Assembly (NCBI GenBank): GCA_963770835.1
Contig: CAVYRH010000011.1
Location: forward strand, 160,001-224,000
DNA: 64,000 bases
Direction: 5' to 3'
DNA from: an uncultured Pseudomonadota bacterium
GTDB taxonomy: Bacteria; Oederibacteriota; Muellerivitia; Muellerivitales; Muellerivitaceae
A program made the translations under genes and the position numbers. The notes beneath the pieces are model-generated. The model saw only the letters and a list, made by a program, of their open reading frames with translations, was not told the DNA's origin and searched no databases. Below, in pieces: positions 1-9,400 of the stretch. Numbering within the stretch: position 1 is the first letter of the stretch; every line of letters starts with the position of its first letter.

Positions 1-180
1 AAAGCCACGGGATTCCATGGCCACGATGGAATTTATTTTTTGACCCTTGTACTGATCCGCCATTCGGTGGATGACTTCCTGAAAAGCCTTCGGGTCTTTC
101 AGAAGTGGGGTGATGTCTTTAAAGATAATTCCCTTCTTGGGAAAATCTGGCACATCGCGGATCAGAGTTTTGAAGTCCAC
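1..180 (-). CDS. apt: Adenine phosphoribosyltransferase, 5' part (runs off the window edge)
   Basis: Manual translation from GTG at 180: MDFKTLIRDVPDFPKKGIIFKDITPLLKDP...IVAMESRGF, the classic APRT N-terminus. GAAGGA SD upstream. Not in the ORF track. Confidence 0.95.
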   Translation of the reverse strand, partial: MDFKTLIRDVPDFPKKGIIFKDITPLLKDPKAFQEVIHRMADQYKGQKINSIVAMESRGF

Positions 181-302
181 ACTTTATCCTTCGTAAATGA
201 AATACACGATCGGATGGGCCTCGGTAAAAAAAAACGCCAAATTTATCAGGTAACTTGCAATGATAATGAATAGGTTTTAAGAGGTTTTAGTCGGGAGGGA
301 GT

Positions 303-1289
303 TTACACAAATTCGTTCAAAAGTTCACGATATTCTTCGTTACAGGCCTTCATTAAGAAACGAATTTTTTGCAATGCCTTTTCTTCAATCTGACGAATCC
401 GCTCACGGGTAACACCTAAAAGGGTCCCGGTTTGTTCTAGGGTTTTGGGTTGGTCCTGCTCGAAGCCGAAACGCATCAGAATTACCTTTTGCTCTTTGTC
501 ATTCAGTGTGCTGATAAGCTTCTTGAGTTTTTCAGATCGAAGTTGATCGAAAACGTTTTGAGCCGGACTCATTACCGATTTATCCTCTATGAAATCGCCG
601 ATAGATTTGGAGTTGGACTCGTCCCCCACCGGGACTTCCAAGGAAATGTTTTTTTGGGCCAAACGTTGAAGTTTGTGGATCTTTTCGAATTTCAATTTGC
701 CAGCCTTGGAAATTTCCATAAGGCTGGGATCGCGTCCCAACTTGCGGGTAAGATCCCGGGAGATGCGTTCAAAACGGTTGATGTCCTCGGAAACGTGGAC
801 GGGCACGCGGACGGTGCGGGACTGGTTGGAAAGGGCTCGCGTGATGGCTTGGCGTATCCACCAAGTTGCGTAAGTGCTGAACTTAAAGCCACGACGCCAG
901 GAGAACTTTTCGCTGGCCTTGATAAGCCCTAAGTTCCCTTCCTCTATCAAATCCTGGAAGGAAAGACCCTGGTTCATGTATTTCTTGGCCACCTTAATCA
1001 CCAGCCTCAGATTGGCGGCGATCAAGGCCTGTTTGGCTTTCAAATCATTTTTTTCAATACGCTTCGCCAGCATCACTTCCTCTTCAGCGGTCAGCAGTTT
1101 AACGCGGGAAATTTCACGGAAGTATAGTTTGAGACTGTCGGTAGTAATACGCTCAAGGCTTTTAGACTCGGGGGAAGTGTTCGCTTTTTTCTCGATAATG
1201 GGAATTAACGGAGCAATAATTCGGCTGGTGGAGCTAGTTTTGGCCTTTAATCGTTTTTTTAGCCCCATAGATTCGCCTTTACCCATCAA
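303..1289 (-). CDS. RNA polymerase sigma-70 factor, RpoD/RpoS family (no region 1.1)
   Basis: Region 1.2 [21 protein letters not shown]; region 2 [13 protein letters not shown]...[13 protein letters not shown]...[19 protein letters not shown]; region 4 TLEQTG...[14 protein letters not shown]. Start codon uncertain. Confidence 0.93.
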   Translation of the reverse strand: MMGKGESMGLKKRLKAKTSSTSRIIAPLIPIIEKKANTSPESKSLERITTDSLKLYFREISRVKLLTAEEEVMLAKRIEKNDLKAKQALIAANLRLVIKVAKKYMNQGLSFQDLIEEGNLGLIKASEKFSWRRGFKFSTYATWWIRQAITRALSNQSRTVRVPVHVSEDINRFERISRDLTRKLGRDPSLMEISKAGKLKFEKIHKLQRLAQKNISLEVPVGDESNSKSIGDFIEDKSVMSPAQNVFDQLRSEKLKKLISTLNDKEQKVILMRFGFEQDQPKTLEQTGTLLGVTRERIRQIEEKALQKIRFLMKACNEEYRELLNEFV

Positions 1290-1561
1290 CCTTGGATTTT
1301 GAACTCTTCAAACTTCTCGGGCGTTTCGAACCATTGAAACCGTGTACTCGAAACCCGGCTTCCAATGGGACCCACCTTTAAGCTTTGCATAAACTGTTCC
1401 AAGGCTGGCCTTGAGCCTGAGGCAAAAACCTCCACGGATCCATCAGGCAAATTGCGCACCCAACCCGTTAAACCCAAGTTATCGGCGGTCTCTTTTGTAA
1501 AATAACGAAAACCTACCCCTTGTACCCTTCCAAGGACGGTTCCTGTGAAAGCGTTAAACAT
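1286..1561 (-). CDS. acyP: Acylphosphatase
   Basis: GRVQGVGFR and [12 protein letters not shown] motifs. ATG at 1561 has a GGAGG SD (the ORF track starts at 1582). Confidence 0.93.
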   Translation of the reverse strand: MFNAFTGTVLGRVQGVGFRYFTKETADNLGLTGWVRNLPDGSVEVFASGSRPALEQFMQSLKVGPIGSRVSSTRFQWFETPEKFEEFKIQG

Positions 1562-1715
1562 AAGAAACCTCCGTAAATTCAAAGCAGAGAATTTGTCAGA
1601 TTTCTGAATAATTAGGGCTTTTTTTTGACTTTTTTAAGAAATGTGGTAGGGCCTAAAACTTCGGGAAAAACAGGTGGGCTTTTTGATTCGCGAACCGGGA
1701 AACGACCTTGAAAAA

Positions 1716-1792
1716 TGGTCGGGGCGGCAGGATTTGAACCTGCGACCTTTTGCACCCCATGCAACTGCGCTACCGGGCTGCGCCACGCCCCG
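1716..1792 (-). tRNA. tRNA-Pro (GGG)
   Basis: CGGGGCG/CGCCCCG acceptor stem, anticodon loop ATGGGGT, GGTTCAAATCC T-arm, encoded CCA. Confidence 0.95.
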
Positions 1793-1855
1793 ACGAATCA
1801 ATTAAATTTAAGTCGACTCAATAATGGACGGAGAAGACCATCCAGAATAGTTTTC

Positions 1856-1931
<76 letters not shown>

Positions 1932-1961
1932 TCCAGAAAACCTTTCCCCAAAGGGAGGCAT

Positions 1962-1990
1962 ACTATAGGTGAAATTATAGTTCTGTTCAA
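1962..1990 (-). promoter_or_regulatory. Putative sigma-70 promoter of the tRNA-Pro pair
   Basis: TTGAAC-N17-TATAGT on the minus strand, about 30 nt upstream of tRNA-Pro(CGG). Confidence 0.6.
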
Positions 1991-2062
1991 GAAAAGAAGG
2001 GCCAGAAAACGCTCTAATTATTGGTTCTTCCGGGGCATCTAGGATTCGAGGAACAAAAGAGC

Positions 2063-2512
2063 TTAATTTAAACCGTACTTCCGCAAAATCGCTTTTGTAG
2101 CGATAATCAAGTTTTTCATTTCCCCTACCTTTTCACGAGAGATTGGGGGGAAGTTCCCCTCCTCGGGGTTGGAGAGGGGTGAAGGCGTAGAAGAACTCAA
2201 CTGTTTTCCGGAAGAAGCCTGGACTGACGATTCGGAGACAACTATTTCCATCGAATCCAGGAAATCCTTCTCATCCAATTCTTCCAGTTTTTTAATCGCT
2301 CCCGCGATAGTATATTTCTCAACGTACAGGAGTCTTTTAATGGTAAGGGCCACGCGGACGTCCCTTTTACGGTAGGTTCGCTGCCCGGTCACAGATTTTT
2401 GGGGATTTAGTTTTCGGAACTCCGTTTCCCAGTAGCGAAGCACGTAGGGTTTCACGCCGACCAACTGGGCCGTTTCGCCAATGGTATAAAAGAGTTTTTC
2501 TTCCTCTGCCAT
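2063..2512 (-). CDS. MerR-family transcriptional regulator
   Basis: [24 protein letters not shown]...QRTY...[12 protein letters not shown]; sits in the familiar ihfA-merR-tRNA-Pro arrangement. Confidence 0.92.
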   Translation of the reverse strand: MAEEEKLFYTIGETAQLVGVKPYVLRYWETEFRKLNPQKSVTGQRTYRKRDVRVALTIKRLLYVEKYTIAGAIKKLEELDEKDFLDSMEIVVSESSVQASSGKQLSSSTPSPLSNPEEGNFPPISREKVGEMKNLIIATKAILRKYGLN

Positions 2513-2529
2513 TCACCCCTCCGCTAGCG

Positions 2530-2805
2530 TTAACCCTTCAACTTTTGTCGCAACCGGGGCGCCGGCTTAAAGAAAAGAACTTCCCGGGATCCCACCGCAA
2601 ACCGCTTGCCCGTCTTTGGGTTGCGGGCTAACCGAGCCGGTCTTTTTCTCCATTCCCACGAACCGAGACCCACTATAGAAATCTTTTTTCCGCCCCGCAA
2701 GGCGGAGGTGATGGAGCCAAAAAAGGAATCTACCGCTAATCGGGATTGCCGCTTCGTTAAGCCGAGTCGCAAGAGGCTTTTGACGAGGTCTTTACGGGTC
2801 AACAT
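2530..2805 (-). CDS. HU/IHF-family DNA-binding protein (IHF alpha-like)
   Basis: LTRKDLV...GLGSW..RKRPARLARNPKTG...FKP signature; immediately upstream of merR. Confidence 0.88.
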   Translation of the reverse strand: MLTRKDLVKSLLRLGLTKRQSRLAVDSFFGSITSALRGGKKISIVGLGSWEWRKRPARLARNPKTGKRFAVGSREVLFFKPAPRLRQKLKG

Positions 2806-2847
2806 TCACCTCAACGAAAGATTTAATCGCTCGGAAAATCAAGAAAG

Positions 2848-3855
2848 TCACCAGACGTTCGGGTCTTGCTCAGCCCGAGCCGCGCGGGCCAAGAGTGACT
2901 TCACAGCTTCTTTGGCGCTTTTGCGCTCAAAAAGTACTTTGTAAACTTCTTCGTTGATGGGAACTTCCACCTTGGCCCTATGGGCAAGATCCATGGCTGC
3001 ATGGGAGGTCTTGACGCCCTCCGCCACCATGACCATTTCGCCAAGGGCTTGTTCCAGACTCGCGCCCTTTCCTATTTTTTCGCCCAAGAGCCGGTTACGG
3101 CTATGGCGGCTGCAACAGGTGACGATCAAATCCCCCATACCGGCAAGACCCGCGAAGGTGGCGGCCTGAGCCCCCAGGGCCACCCCCAAGCGTGTCATTT
3201 CATGAAGTCCCCGAGTCATCAGAGCCGCCTTGGCGTTGTCTCCCAGCCCCAGGCCGTCGGAGATGCCAGCAGCGATAGCGATGACGTTCTTGAGCGCGCC
3301 TCCCAACTCCACGCCCACAACATCAGTGGAGGTATAAACCCTGAAATAGTCCGAATGGAAAACTCCTTGCACCGTTGTGGAAAGAGCGGGATTGGAGGAA
3401 GCGGCCACAACGGTGGTCGGCATTTTTCGAGATACTTCTTCGGCATGGCTTGGACCTGATACAACGGAAATGAGCATATCATTCTTAATGTGTTCCTTTA
3501 ATAATTCGCTCATCCTCAGGTGGCTTTGTTCTTCCAGACCCTTGGTGGCACAGGTGACCCAAGCGCCCTTGGGCCAGAACGAAATAGCCTTTTGAATGGT
3601 GGACCGTGCTACATGGGAAGGAACGACCAAGACAACCCCTTCCCCACCCTCCAATGCCTCCTCCATCCGGGAGGTAATGAGGATCTCCGGGGGCAGCAGA
3701 ATGCCAGGAAGGATAATTTTGTTCTCGCGCGTTTGTTTAAGCTCTTGGGCCTTAGCGAAGTCATACTCCCAAAGTTGAATATGATGTCCGGCGCGATGAA
3801 GATGGACACTTAAAGCAATTCCCCAGCTTCCAGCGCCTAAAACACACAATTTCAT
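2848..3855 (-). CDS. gpsA: NAD(P)H-dependent glycerol-3-phosphate dehydrogenase
   Basis: GAGSWG, SGPSHAEEV, GGALKNVIAIAAG, GMGDLIVTC, SRNR and EGV motifs. Confidence 0.97.
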   Translation of the reverse strand: MKLCVLGAGSWGIALSVHLHRAGHHIQLWEYDFAKAQELKQTRENKIILPGILLPPEILITSRMEEALEGGEGVVLVVPSHVARSTIQKAISFWPKGAWVTCATKGLEEQSHLRMSELLKEHIKNDMLISVVSGPSHAEEVSRKMPTTVVAASSNPALSTTVQGVFHSDYFRVYTSTDVVGVELGGALKNVIAIAAGISDGLGLGDNAKAALMTRGLHEMTRLGVALGAQAATFAGLAGMGDLIVTCCSRHSRNRLLGEKIGKGASLEQALGEMVMVAEGVKTSHAAMDLAHRAKVEVPINEEVYKVLFERKSAKEAVKSLLARAARAEQDPNVW

Positions 3856-3903
3856 GTTAAATCCTTGAGCGTATGTCCGTGTGAATATTTGACGAAATTG
3901 GCT

Positions 3904-4509
3904 TTACTGTTTGTTTTTCTTTTTTCCGATCTTGTTTTCGGTCCCATCTAAGATACGTCTAATGTTCTGACGGTGGGTCCACCAGACCAAGGCGGTCGCC
4001 AATAAAGCCAACCCCGAGAACCAGGTAAGCCCTTTTTGATGGTACAAGGTCATGACAGCCATGGCGCTCACTCCCAGTAGGCTCCCTACGGATATCATTC
4101 GGGAACTCAAGACAGCCACGATGAAAAAAATAAGTCCAACGCTGCTTTCGGGGGGTAGAAGAAAGAAAAAGATACCGATGGAAACACCGATGCCCTTCCC
4201 GCCCTTGAACTTCAGGAAAACTGAGAAGATATTCCCTAAAAGCGCCATTAATCCGCAAAGCACTTCCATAAGGTCGTCCATGGGGTCAAAGTGCTGAGCC
4301 AACCAAACTGCCAACACACCTTTGGAGATATCCAGAACTAAAGTGGTAATTCCCCACCCCGGTCCGGCTACCCTCCAAACATTAGTCATCCCGATATTTC
4401 CACTTCCCTGAGTGCGAACATCCACTCCCTTCACCCATTTCACCAATAAATAGCCAAATGGAATGGACCCCAAAAGATAGGCACATAGCAACAACAGTAC
4501 GTCAGTCAT
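3904..4509 (-). CDS. plsY: Glycerol-3-phosphate acyltransferase PlsY
   Basis: YLLGSIPFG, GSGNIGMTN, DISKG, FKGGKG, HRQNIRRILDGTE; der-plsY-gpsA synteny. Confidence 0.96.
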   Translation of the reverse strand: MTDVLLLLCAYLLGSIPFGYLLVKWVKGVDVRTQGSGNIGMTNVWRVAGPGWGITTLVLDISKGVLAVWLAQHFDPMDDLMEVLCGLMALLGNIFSVFLKFKGGKGIGVSIGIFFFLLPPESSVGLIFFIVAVLSSRMISVGSLLGVSAMAVMTLYHQKGLTWFSGLALLATALVWWTHRQNIRRILDGTENKIGKKKNKQ

Positions 4510-5945
4510 GGTTTAGCCTTTTTTCGACGGGGTTTTTCAGTTCGTTTTTTGTTGTGCCGAGCGGCATTGGGATCAAAGTTTCGCTTGTAAGATTGCTTTT
4601 TAAACCCATGTTTATCAGCTTTTTCCTTCATGACAATTTGCATCGGTGTTGATCCCAAATCTAGCGCCTTTCGAAGTTCGGCTTCGAGGTAACGCATGTA
4701 TGCGGGTGTTGCACTGTCCGCTTGATTCACAAAAACCTCAAAGGCTGGGGGATGCCCAACCCTTTGATATCCGTAAAGTATTTTAATCTGGTGCCCTCCC
4801 CGAAAGGGTGGGGATTGCTTGGAAACTGCTTCTTGCAGGGCCAAATTCACTTTACGTGTGGGGGCTTGGCGACAACTTTCCTCATATACAGCGTGAACCA
4901 TGGGCAGAATTCGCTCTAAATTTAGGCCGGTTTTGGCCGAAGCGAATAAAACGGGGGCATAGTGGATTTGGCGCAGTTCCCGGCGGGTAATCCGCTCAGC
5001 ACGGGCCTGTTCGGCCCCATGGGGGTGGATGTCCCATTTATTAATCACCACGACAACAGGTCGAAAAGCCTCCCCGATAATACGGCTGATGGTGACGTCC
5101 TGGTGGGTAATCCCCTTCTCGCCGTCCACTACCATAAGGACCACTTGGCAGGTTTGTAGTTCGTAGAGGGCTTGTTCCACACTAAGATGTTCGATGCGGC
5201 TGTCCTGTTTTTGCTGGGCTCGGATACCAGCAGTATCCACCATGACGAGAGGATTATCGCCGGTCTCAATGATGACGGGTACCGCGTCATGGGTGGTGCC
5301 CGGCAGATCGTCCACAATCATCCGTTTTTCGCCCAAAATGGCGTTCACCAGGGAGGATTTGCCAACATTGGGCTTTCCCAACACGGCTAGCCGCAAGGGT
5401 CGTTTTTCCTCTTCTTCAGGCAGGTTTTTTGGGGGCACCTTTTGAAGGCCAGCCACGAGCGAATCTAATAGGTCGTCCAGGCCGATGCCGTGCATGGCGG
5501 ATATGGGAATAAAGTTTTCAAATCCCAATTTCCCGAAATCGGCCGCCACTTCCCTTCCCTTGTCGGGCTGGTCAGCTTTATTGACGGCGACCCAGGTGGG
5601 CAGCCCATATTTGCGGATAGCCCTGGTAAGGATCTCGTCCGCCGGGGTTACACCTTCCTGGCCATCCACCACGAGCACCAGTGCCGTAGTTTGAAGGATC
5701 TTTTTTTCCAGCATTTCGCCGATTTTTAGGGCAATTGATTCCTTTTCTCCGGGCACCCAGCCACCGGAATCAGTGACAATGAAAACAGTGCCATTCCATT
5801 CCGCTTCGAAACTCTTCAGGTCCCGGGTGGAACCTGGTTGGTTGTCCACCAAGGCCAGGGATTTCCCCGCTAGGCGGTTAAAGAGGGTGGATTTGCCCAC
5901 GTTGGGGCGACCTACGATGAGTACTTCGGGCAAGGCGGAAGGCAT
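4506..5945 (-). CDS. der: Ribosome biogenesis GTPase Der (EngA)
   Basis: Two G domains (GRPNVGKS / GKPNVGKS, DSGG / DTAG, NKAD / NKWD) plus a KH-like C-terminus. ATG at 5945 has a GGAG SD. Confidence 0.96.
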   Translation of the reverse strand: MPSALPEVLIVGRPNVGKSTLFNRLAGKSLALVDNQPGSTRDLKSFEAEWNGTVFIVTDSGGWVPGEKESIALKIGEMLEKKILQTTALVLVVDGQEGVTPADEILTRAIRKYGLPTWVAVNKADQPDKGREVAADFGKLGFENFIPISAMHGIGLDDLLDSLVAGLQKVPPKNLPEEEEKRPLRLAVLGKPNVGKSSLVNAILGEKRMIVDDLPGTTHDAVPVIIETGDNPLVMVDTAGIRAQQKQDSRIEHLSVEQALYELQTCQVVLMVVDGEKGITHQDVTISRIIGEAFRPVVVVINKWDIHPHGAEQARAERITRRELRQIHYAPVLFASAKTGLNLERILPMVHAVYEESCRQAPTRKVNLALQEAVSKQSPPFRGGHQIKILYGYQRVGHPPAFEVFVNQADSATPAYMRYLEAELRKALDLGSTPMQIVMKEKADKHGFKKQSYKRNFDPNAARHNKKRTEKPRRKKAKP

Positions 5946-6049
5946 TCGAATCTCCAATGGGATTAGTTGCGGTTGGATTTTACTTTAAATCCCTATTTTT
6001 TTAACTATTTAAGGGAAAAAGGTTTTGGACACTCTGTTTGCTTGGTGGT

Positions 6050-6748
6050 TTAATTATTCGAAGCGGGAGGTTCTTCGTCCTTCATCACCGCGAAACTTTG
6101 CATGTGAAGTATCTGGCTTTCGCCGGTACCGCTGTTGGTCACCTGAACTTGATAATAATAAATACCTTCGGGAACCTTTGTAAGGCCCCATAAAATGTCG
6201 AAAAGTCGGTCTCCGGCCCCCTGAAGCTCCGTAACCTTGCTAAAAAATCGGTCATAAACCACGATACGGGCAGTAGCCGGACTTTGGGTCATCACCCGAA
6301 AAATTACTTTGTCCCCATAAGCCGGGTTCGGAATGGTCGTAACCCGCACCGGTTGAAAGGCTGGCGTAACGGTTCCATTGGGTATGGTTGTTTTCTTGAG
6401 GTGTTTGTCCGGGGTGGGAGTAAAGGTTGGAGTTTTAACGGATGTAGGTGTCGGGGTACTGGTGAAAGTAGGACGCGAGACGTTTTGGCTTACCGAAGGC
6501 GTAACCATAGGCGCAAATTCGCCATTTTGTTCCACAACATCGGCTGGTTCCGATTCCGTAACTGGATTATCTGGAGAAGATGCTCGGGGAAGGATCAATT
6601 TGGGCTGTGTGTTCGTCTGAGGAACCGATAAAGCATCTTCTTGCGCCCAAGCCGCTGAGGGTAAGATACGCCACGGTTCCAAAGAGCAGGCCTCGATTAA
6701 TAAGATCAGGATAAAAAAAATATTTTTGGGATTTTTATTTAAAAACAT
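6050..6748 (-). CDS. Hypothetical exported protein: signal peptide, Pro/Thr-rich linker, C-terminal Ig-like domain resembling a T9SS type-A sorting / FlgD-like domain
   Basis: Hydrophobic N-terminus ending AWA-Q; TPTPTSVKTPTFTPTP linker; IPNP...IVVYD...V..L...VPEGIYYYQV pattern. Confidence 0.6.
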   Translation of the reverse strand: MFLNKNPKNIFFILILLIEACSLEPWRILPSAAWAQEDALSVPQTNTQPKLILPRASSPDNPVTESEPADVVEQNGEFAPMVTPSVSQNVSRPTFTSTPTPTSVKTPTFTPTPDKHLKKTTIPNGTVTPAFQPVRVTTIPNPAYGDKVIFRVMTQSPATARIVVYDRFFSKVTELQGAGDRLFDILWGLTKVPEGIYYYQVQVTNSGTGESQILHMQSFAVMKDEEPPASNN

Positions 6749-6756
6749 ACCCTCAT

Positions 6757-7695
6757 CTATCCAGTGACTTTAACGGTAGTCGACAAACTCTTAAGGTCCT
6801 CAACGTTGGAGATTCGGTTGTTCGTATCCACCTTCCTCACCAATGTGCTGTAGGTCTTTCCTGGCCCTATTTCCACCCAGGTGCGGAACCCTCTGAGGTT
6901 GACGGCTTGGACGGTTTTCACCCAATCCACGGGTTTTGAATACTGTTTGGTGAGGACATCCCTTACCGCTTCGATGGTCCCCACATATTCTCCATCGCTG
7001 GAGCGATGGAGGGCGATTTTAGGGTTCTTGAGTGGTTTCCCTTCGAGGCATTTGGTCAACAACCGGTCCAAATCATCTTCCAATTCAGTGGCTTTCCCTG
7101 AAAAAAGAGGTCCCCGTGATGGTTGGAGGTTGCTTTTTATCTGGCGGATTCCTTGGACTTCAGTCTGTAAGGAGAAAATTGCTTCCTTGGGCCCCCAAAC
7201 CATGAAGGTGTCGGGCGCCAGATATTGAGTGATGGTGAGTTCTCCTTCCTCGCGGGTGAGAATAGGTTTCAGTTGTTCCAGGGGCACACCGGTTAGAAAC
7301 AGAGCTTCACCGTCGTGTTTTTGAGCAAATTTCTCCAAAATTTCAGTGCGTTTTACCACGTATTGCAGGGCGTTGGGATAAGGCAGGCATTCGGCGGCTA
7401 CCAGGGCGGCCACTTCTCCCACGCCAATTCCAGTGAGCGCCTCCGGTTTGCGGCGGTTTTGAACCAGGGGGTCGAAAAAGGCCACATCGCAGAGAAAAGT
7501 AATAAGGTGCGCGTTTAAAAGCTGGTCCAATTCTTCCTGGGGGCCCAGGAAGCAGACCTTGGCGATCTTACGCTCCAACAGTTTTTCGGCTTTGTCAAAG
7601 GTGTCCCGGACGGTCAGGGACTTAGCATAAAATTCCTTTCCCATTCCCACATACTGGGAACCTTCGTTGGGAAAAATGGCGGCAATGCGGGCCAT
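6757..7695 (-). CDS. Malonyl-CoA:ACP transacylase (FabD)-like protein lacking the catalytic Ser and His
   Basis: FPNEGSQYVGMG, PVDW and EIGPG match FabD over its full length, but GHSLG is GIGVG and SGAFHS is SRGPLFS. Confidence 0.85.
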   Translation of the reverse strand: MARIAAIFPNEGSQYVGMGKEFYAKSLTVRDTFDKAEKLLERKIAKVCFLGPQEELDQLLNAHLITFLCDVAFFDPLVQNRRKPEALTGIGVGEVAALVAAECLPYPNALQYVVKRTEILEKFAQKHDGEALFLTGVPLEQLKPILTREEGELTITQYLAPDTFMVWGPKEAIFSLQTEVQGIRQIKSNLQPSRGPLFSGKATELEDDLDRLLTKCLEGKPLKNPKIALHRSSDGEYVGTIEAVRDVLTKQYSKPVDWVKTVQAVNLRGFRTWVEIGPGKTYSTLVRKVDTNNRISNVEDLKSLSTTVKVTG

Positions 7696-7763
7696 GGTGA
7701 CCTGTCCTCGAAATTAAAAATGAGGGCGTAGTTTAGCAGGTTCTTTGAAAGGAATGGCGGACT

Positions 7764-8436
7764 TTAAGGTTTAGCCTGGGAGAGAAAACTCATCACTTGA
7801 TCCTCGCCGCCAAAGCCCACCATCTGCCGGGAGACCCCGTTATCGGGATATTGGACGACCAAGGTTGGAAAGCCTCTGACTTGATACTTCGATTGTAGTT
7901 CGGCCACGTCGCCTGGGTTCTTTCCTTCTTCTCGCCGTAGGTCCATCACCACAACGGGTACGAAGAGACCGTTAATTTTGGCGGCGTCCCGGGGATTCTC
8001 GAAAACCTTGGCATCCAAAATCTTGCACCAGCCGCACCAGTGAGCGGTGAAATCGTAAAGGATGGGCTTCCCGGTTGCCTGGGACATCTTCAGCCCTTCA
8101 GTTAGGTTGAAGCCATACGATAGAACCGGCCTCCGCTGTCGATCCCGTTGCGGCTCTAGAAGCCGTAGAAGAACCGACCTCGACCGGGGCTGGGAAGATT
8201 TGATCCCAATAAACGGCGCTCAAACCAGCGGTCAGGCAAAACCCCATCGCCGCCAAAACTAAAAGGCTCCAACCACCTTTTTTCTCGATCTTCACGATAC
8301 CCAACACCACCGAAACACCGGCAAATAGAAGTCCCAAAAAAGGAATAAGTGAGCCAATGCCGACCATGTAACACCAACCTTCCAAGCGTGGCTTGGGCTC
8401 GTCGATGCCTTCGAAATGGACAGATAAAGGTGACAT
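7764..8436 (-). pseudogene. Membrane-anchored thioredoxin-family protein split by a +1 frameshift (ORFs 8098..8436 and 7764..8087); possibly a sequencing error
   Basis: The upstream part has two TM helices. Removing one base near 8105-8112 gives IVWLNLTEGLKMSQATGKPILYDFTAHWCGWC...VRGFPT, a continuous thioredoxin fold. Confidence 0.75.
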
Positions 8437-8469
8437 GGGAAGATTGTAAGCTTTAAGAAGGCAATTGTC

Positions 8470-9177
8470 CTAGGCTGTTTCAGCTTGCTCCATGGCATTT
8501 TTGGCTGCCAACATCATGTCGCGGGTCATGTCGGCAATGGCGGGAAAACTGCGGATTTCCTTACTGGTCAAGGCACGGCCGTAATAGTTTCGGGCCTCCT
8601 TGTATTGGCCCAGGCGGCGATAAAGCTCCCCGATCAGGTAAAGGACGCCTGGTTCCCCCAGCTTTTCCGGCAAGTCACCTCCCTTTTCATGAAAATCCTG
8701 ATAAGCCTTGGCGGCTTCAGTCATAGCCGCCCTCTCTTTTTCGCGGTTTTGGGCCAGTCGGTAAATCCAGACCAAATGCATATAAAGACCCGCCAAGGTG
8801 CCCAGTTCCGAATAAGTACGCATTTTGGTGAAGGCAACGGCCAACTCATGCCGTTTAGCGGCGACTTCTGGAGTCAAGGAACCCAGGGAGAAAATGTCCG
8901 GTTTTTTCACGTTGGCCTGCCGGATCTTCTTGGTGGCCTCAATAACCTTGGGTTCGTAATCGGCACGGATGGAGTCGAAATCCTTGTTTAAGGCCGCAAA
9001 GGTGCATTGAGGACAGGCGGTGACGGCATAGAAATAAGCGCATTCACCGTCGTAAATATTCCCAAAGTCGGTCATCTTTTCTTTGATCTTGATGACGGAG
9101 GAGCGCATACGGGTGGTCTCGAACTCGAACTGGCAGAAGGGGCATTTTACTTTTTTGTTCCAAAGCGGGGTGCTCAT
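8470..9177 (-). CDS. DUF2225-like protein (CxxC...CxxC zinc-binding N-terminus, TPR-like C-terminus)
   Basis: KKVKCPFC.FEF...TDF...CPQC.FAA...WIYR...LYLIGELYRRLG. ATG at 9177 has a GGAG SD (the ORF track overextends to 9327). Confidence 0.8.
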   Translation of the reverse strand: MSTPLWNKKVKCPFCQFEFETTRMRSSVIKIKEKMTDFGNIYDGECAYFYAVTACPQCTFAALNKDFDSIRADYEPKVIEATKKIRQANVKKPDIFSLGSLTPEVAAKRHELAVAFTKMRTYSELGTLAGLYMHLVWIYRLAQNREKERAAMTEAAKAYQDFHEKGGDLPEKLGEPGVLYLIGELYRRLGQYKEARNYYGRALTSKEIRSFPAIADMTRDMMLAAKNAMEQAETA

Positions 9178-9400
9178 TGTTTTTCTCCGGAAAAAGGTGA
9201 CCAAGTATAACCTAGGGAAAGGAGTTGCGGAAGGCCGTCTGGATGATCCGTCAGGGGGAAGAGTCCTGCCGAGGAGGTCTGGGAAGGTTATCATAGATCC
9301 CAAAAAGATAGGAAACTGAACCACCAAAGGCCAGAAGGCAAACCTAAGTTGACTTTTTTACCATGGAGTTGTTTTACTCCGAAATAGACGAAGATCGGGA

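Noticed and set aside
40..273. Plus-strand 77-aa ORF
   Set aside because: Antisense to apt, which is clearly encoded on the minus strand.
9178..9327. N-terminal extension of the DUF2225-like ORF
   Set aside because: ATG 9177 has a GGAG SD and the family-like sequence begins there.
9330..9400. GGCAAACC motif near the EAL gene suggesting a c-di-GMP-I riboswitch
   Set aside because: No GNRA-capped P2 or GACGCAAA, and it faces away from the neighbouring minus-strand genes.
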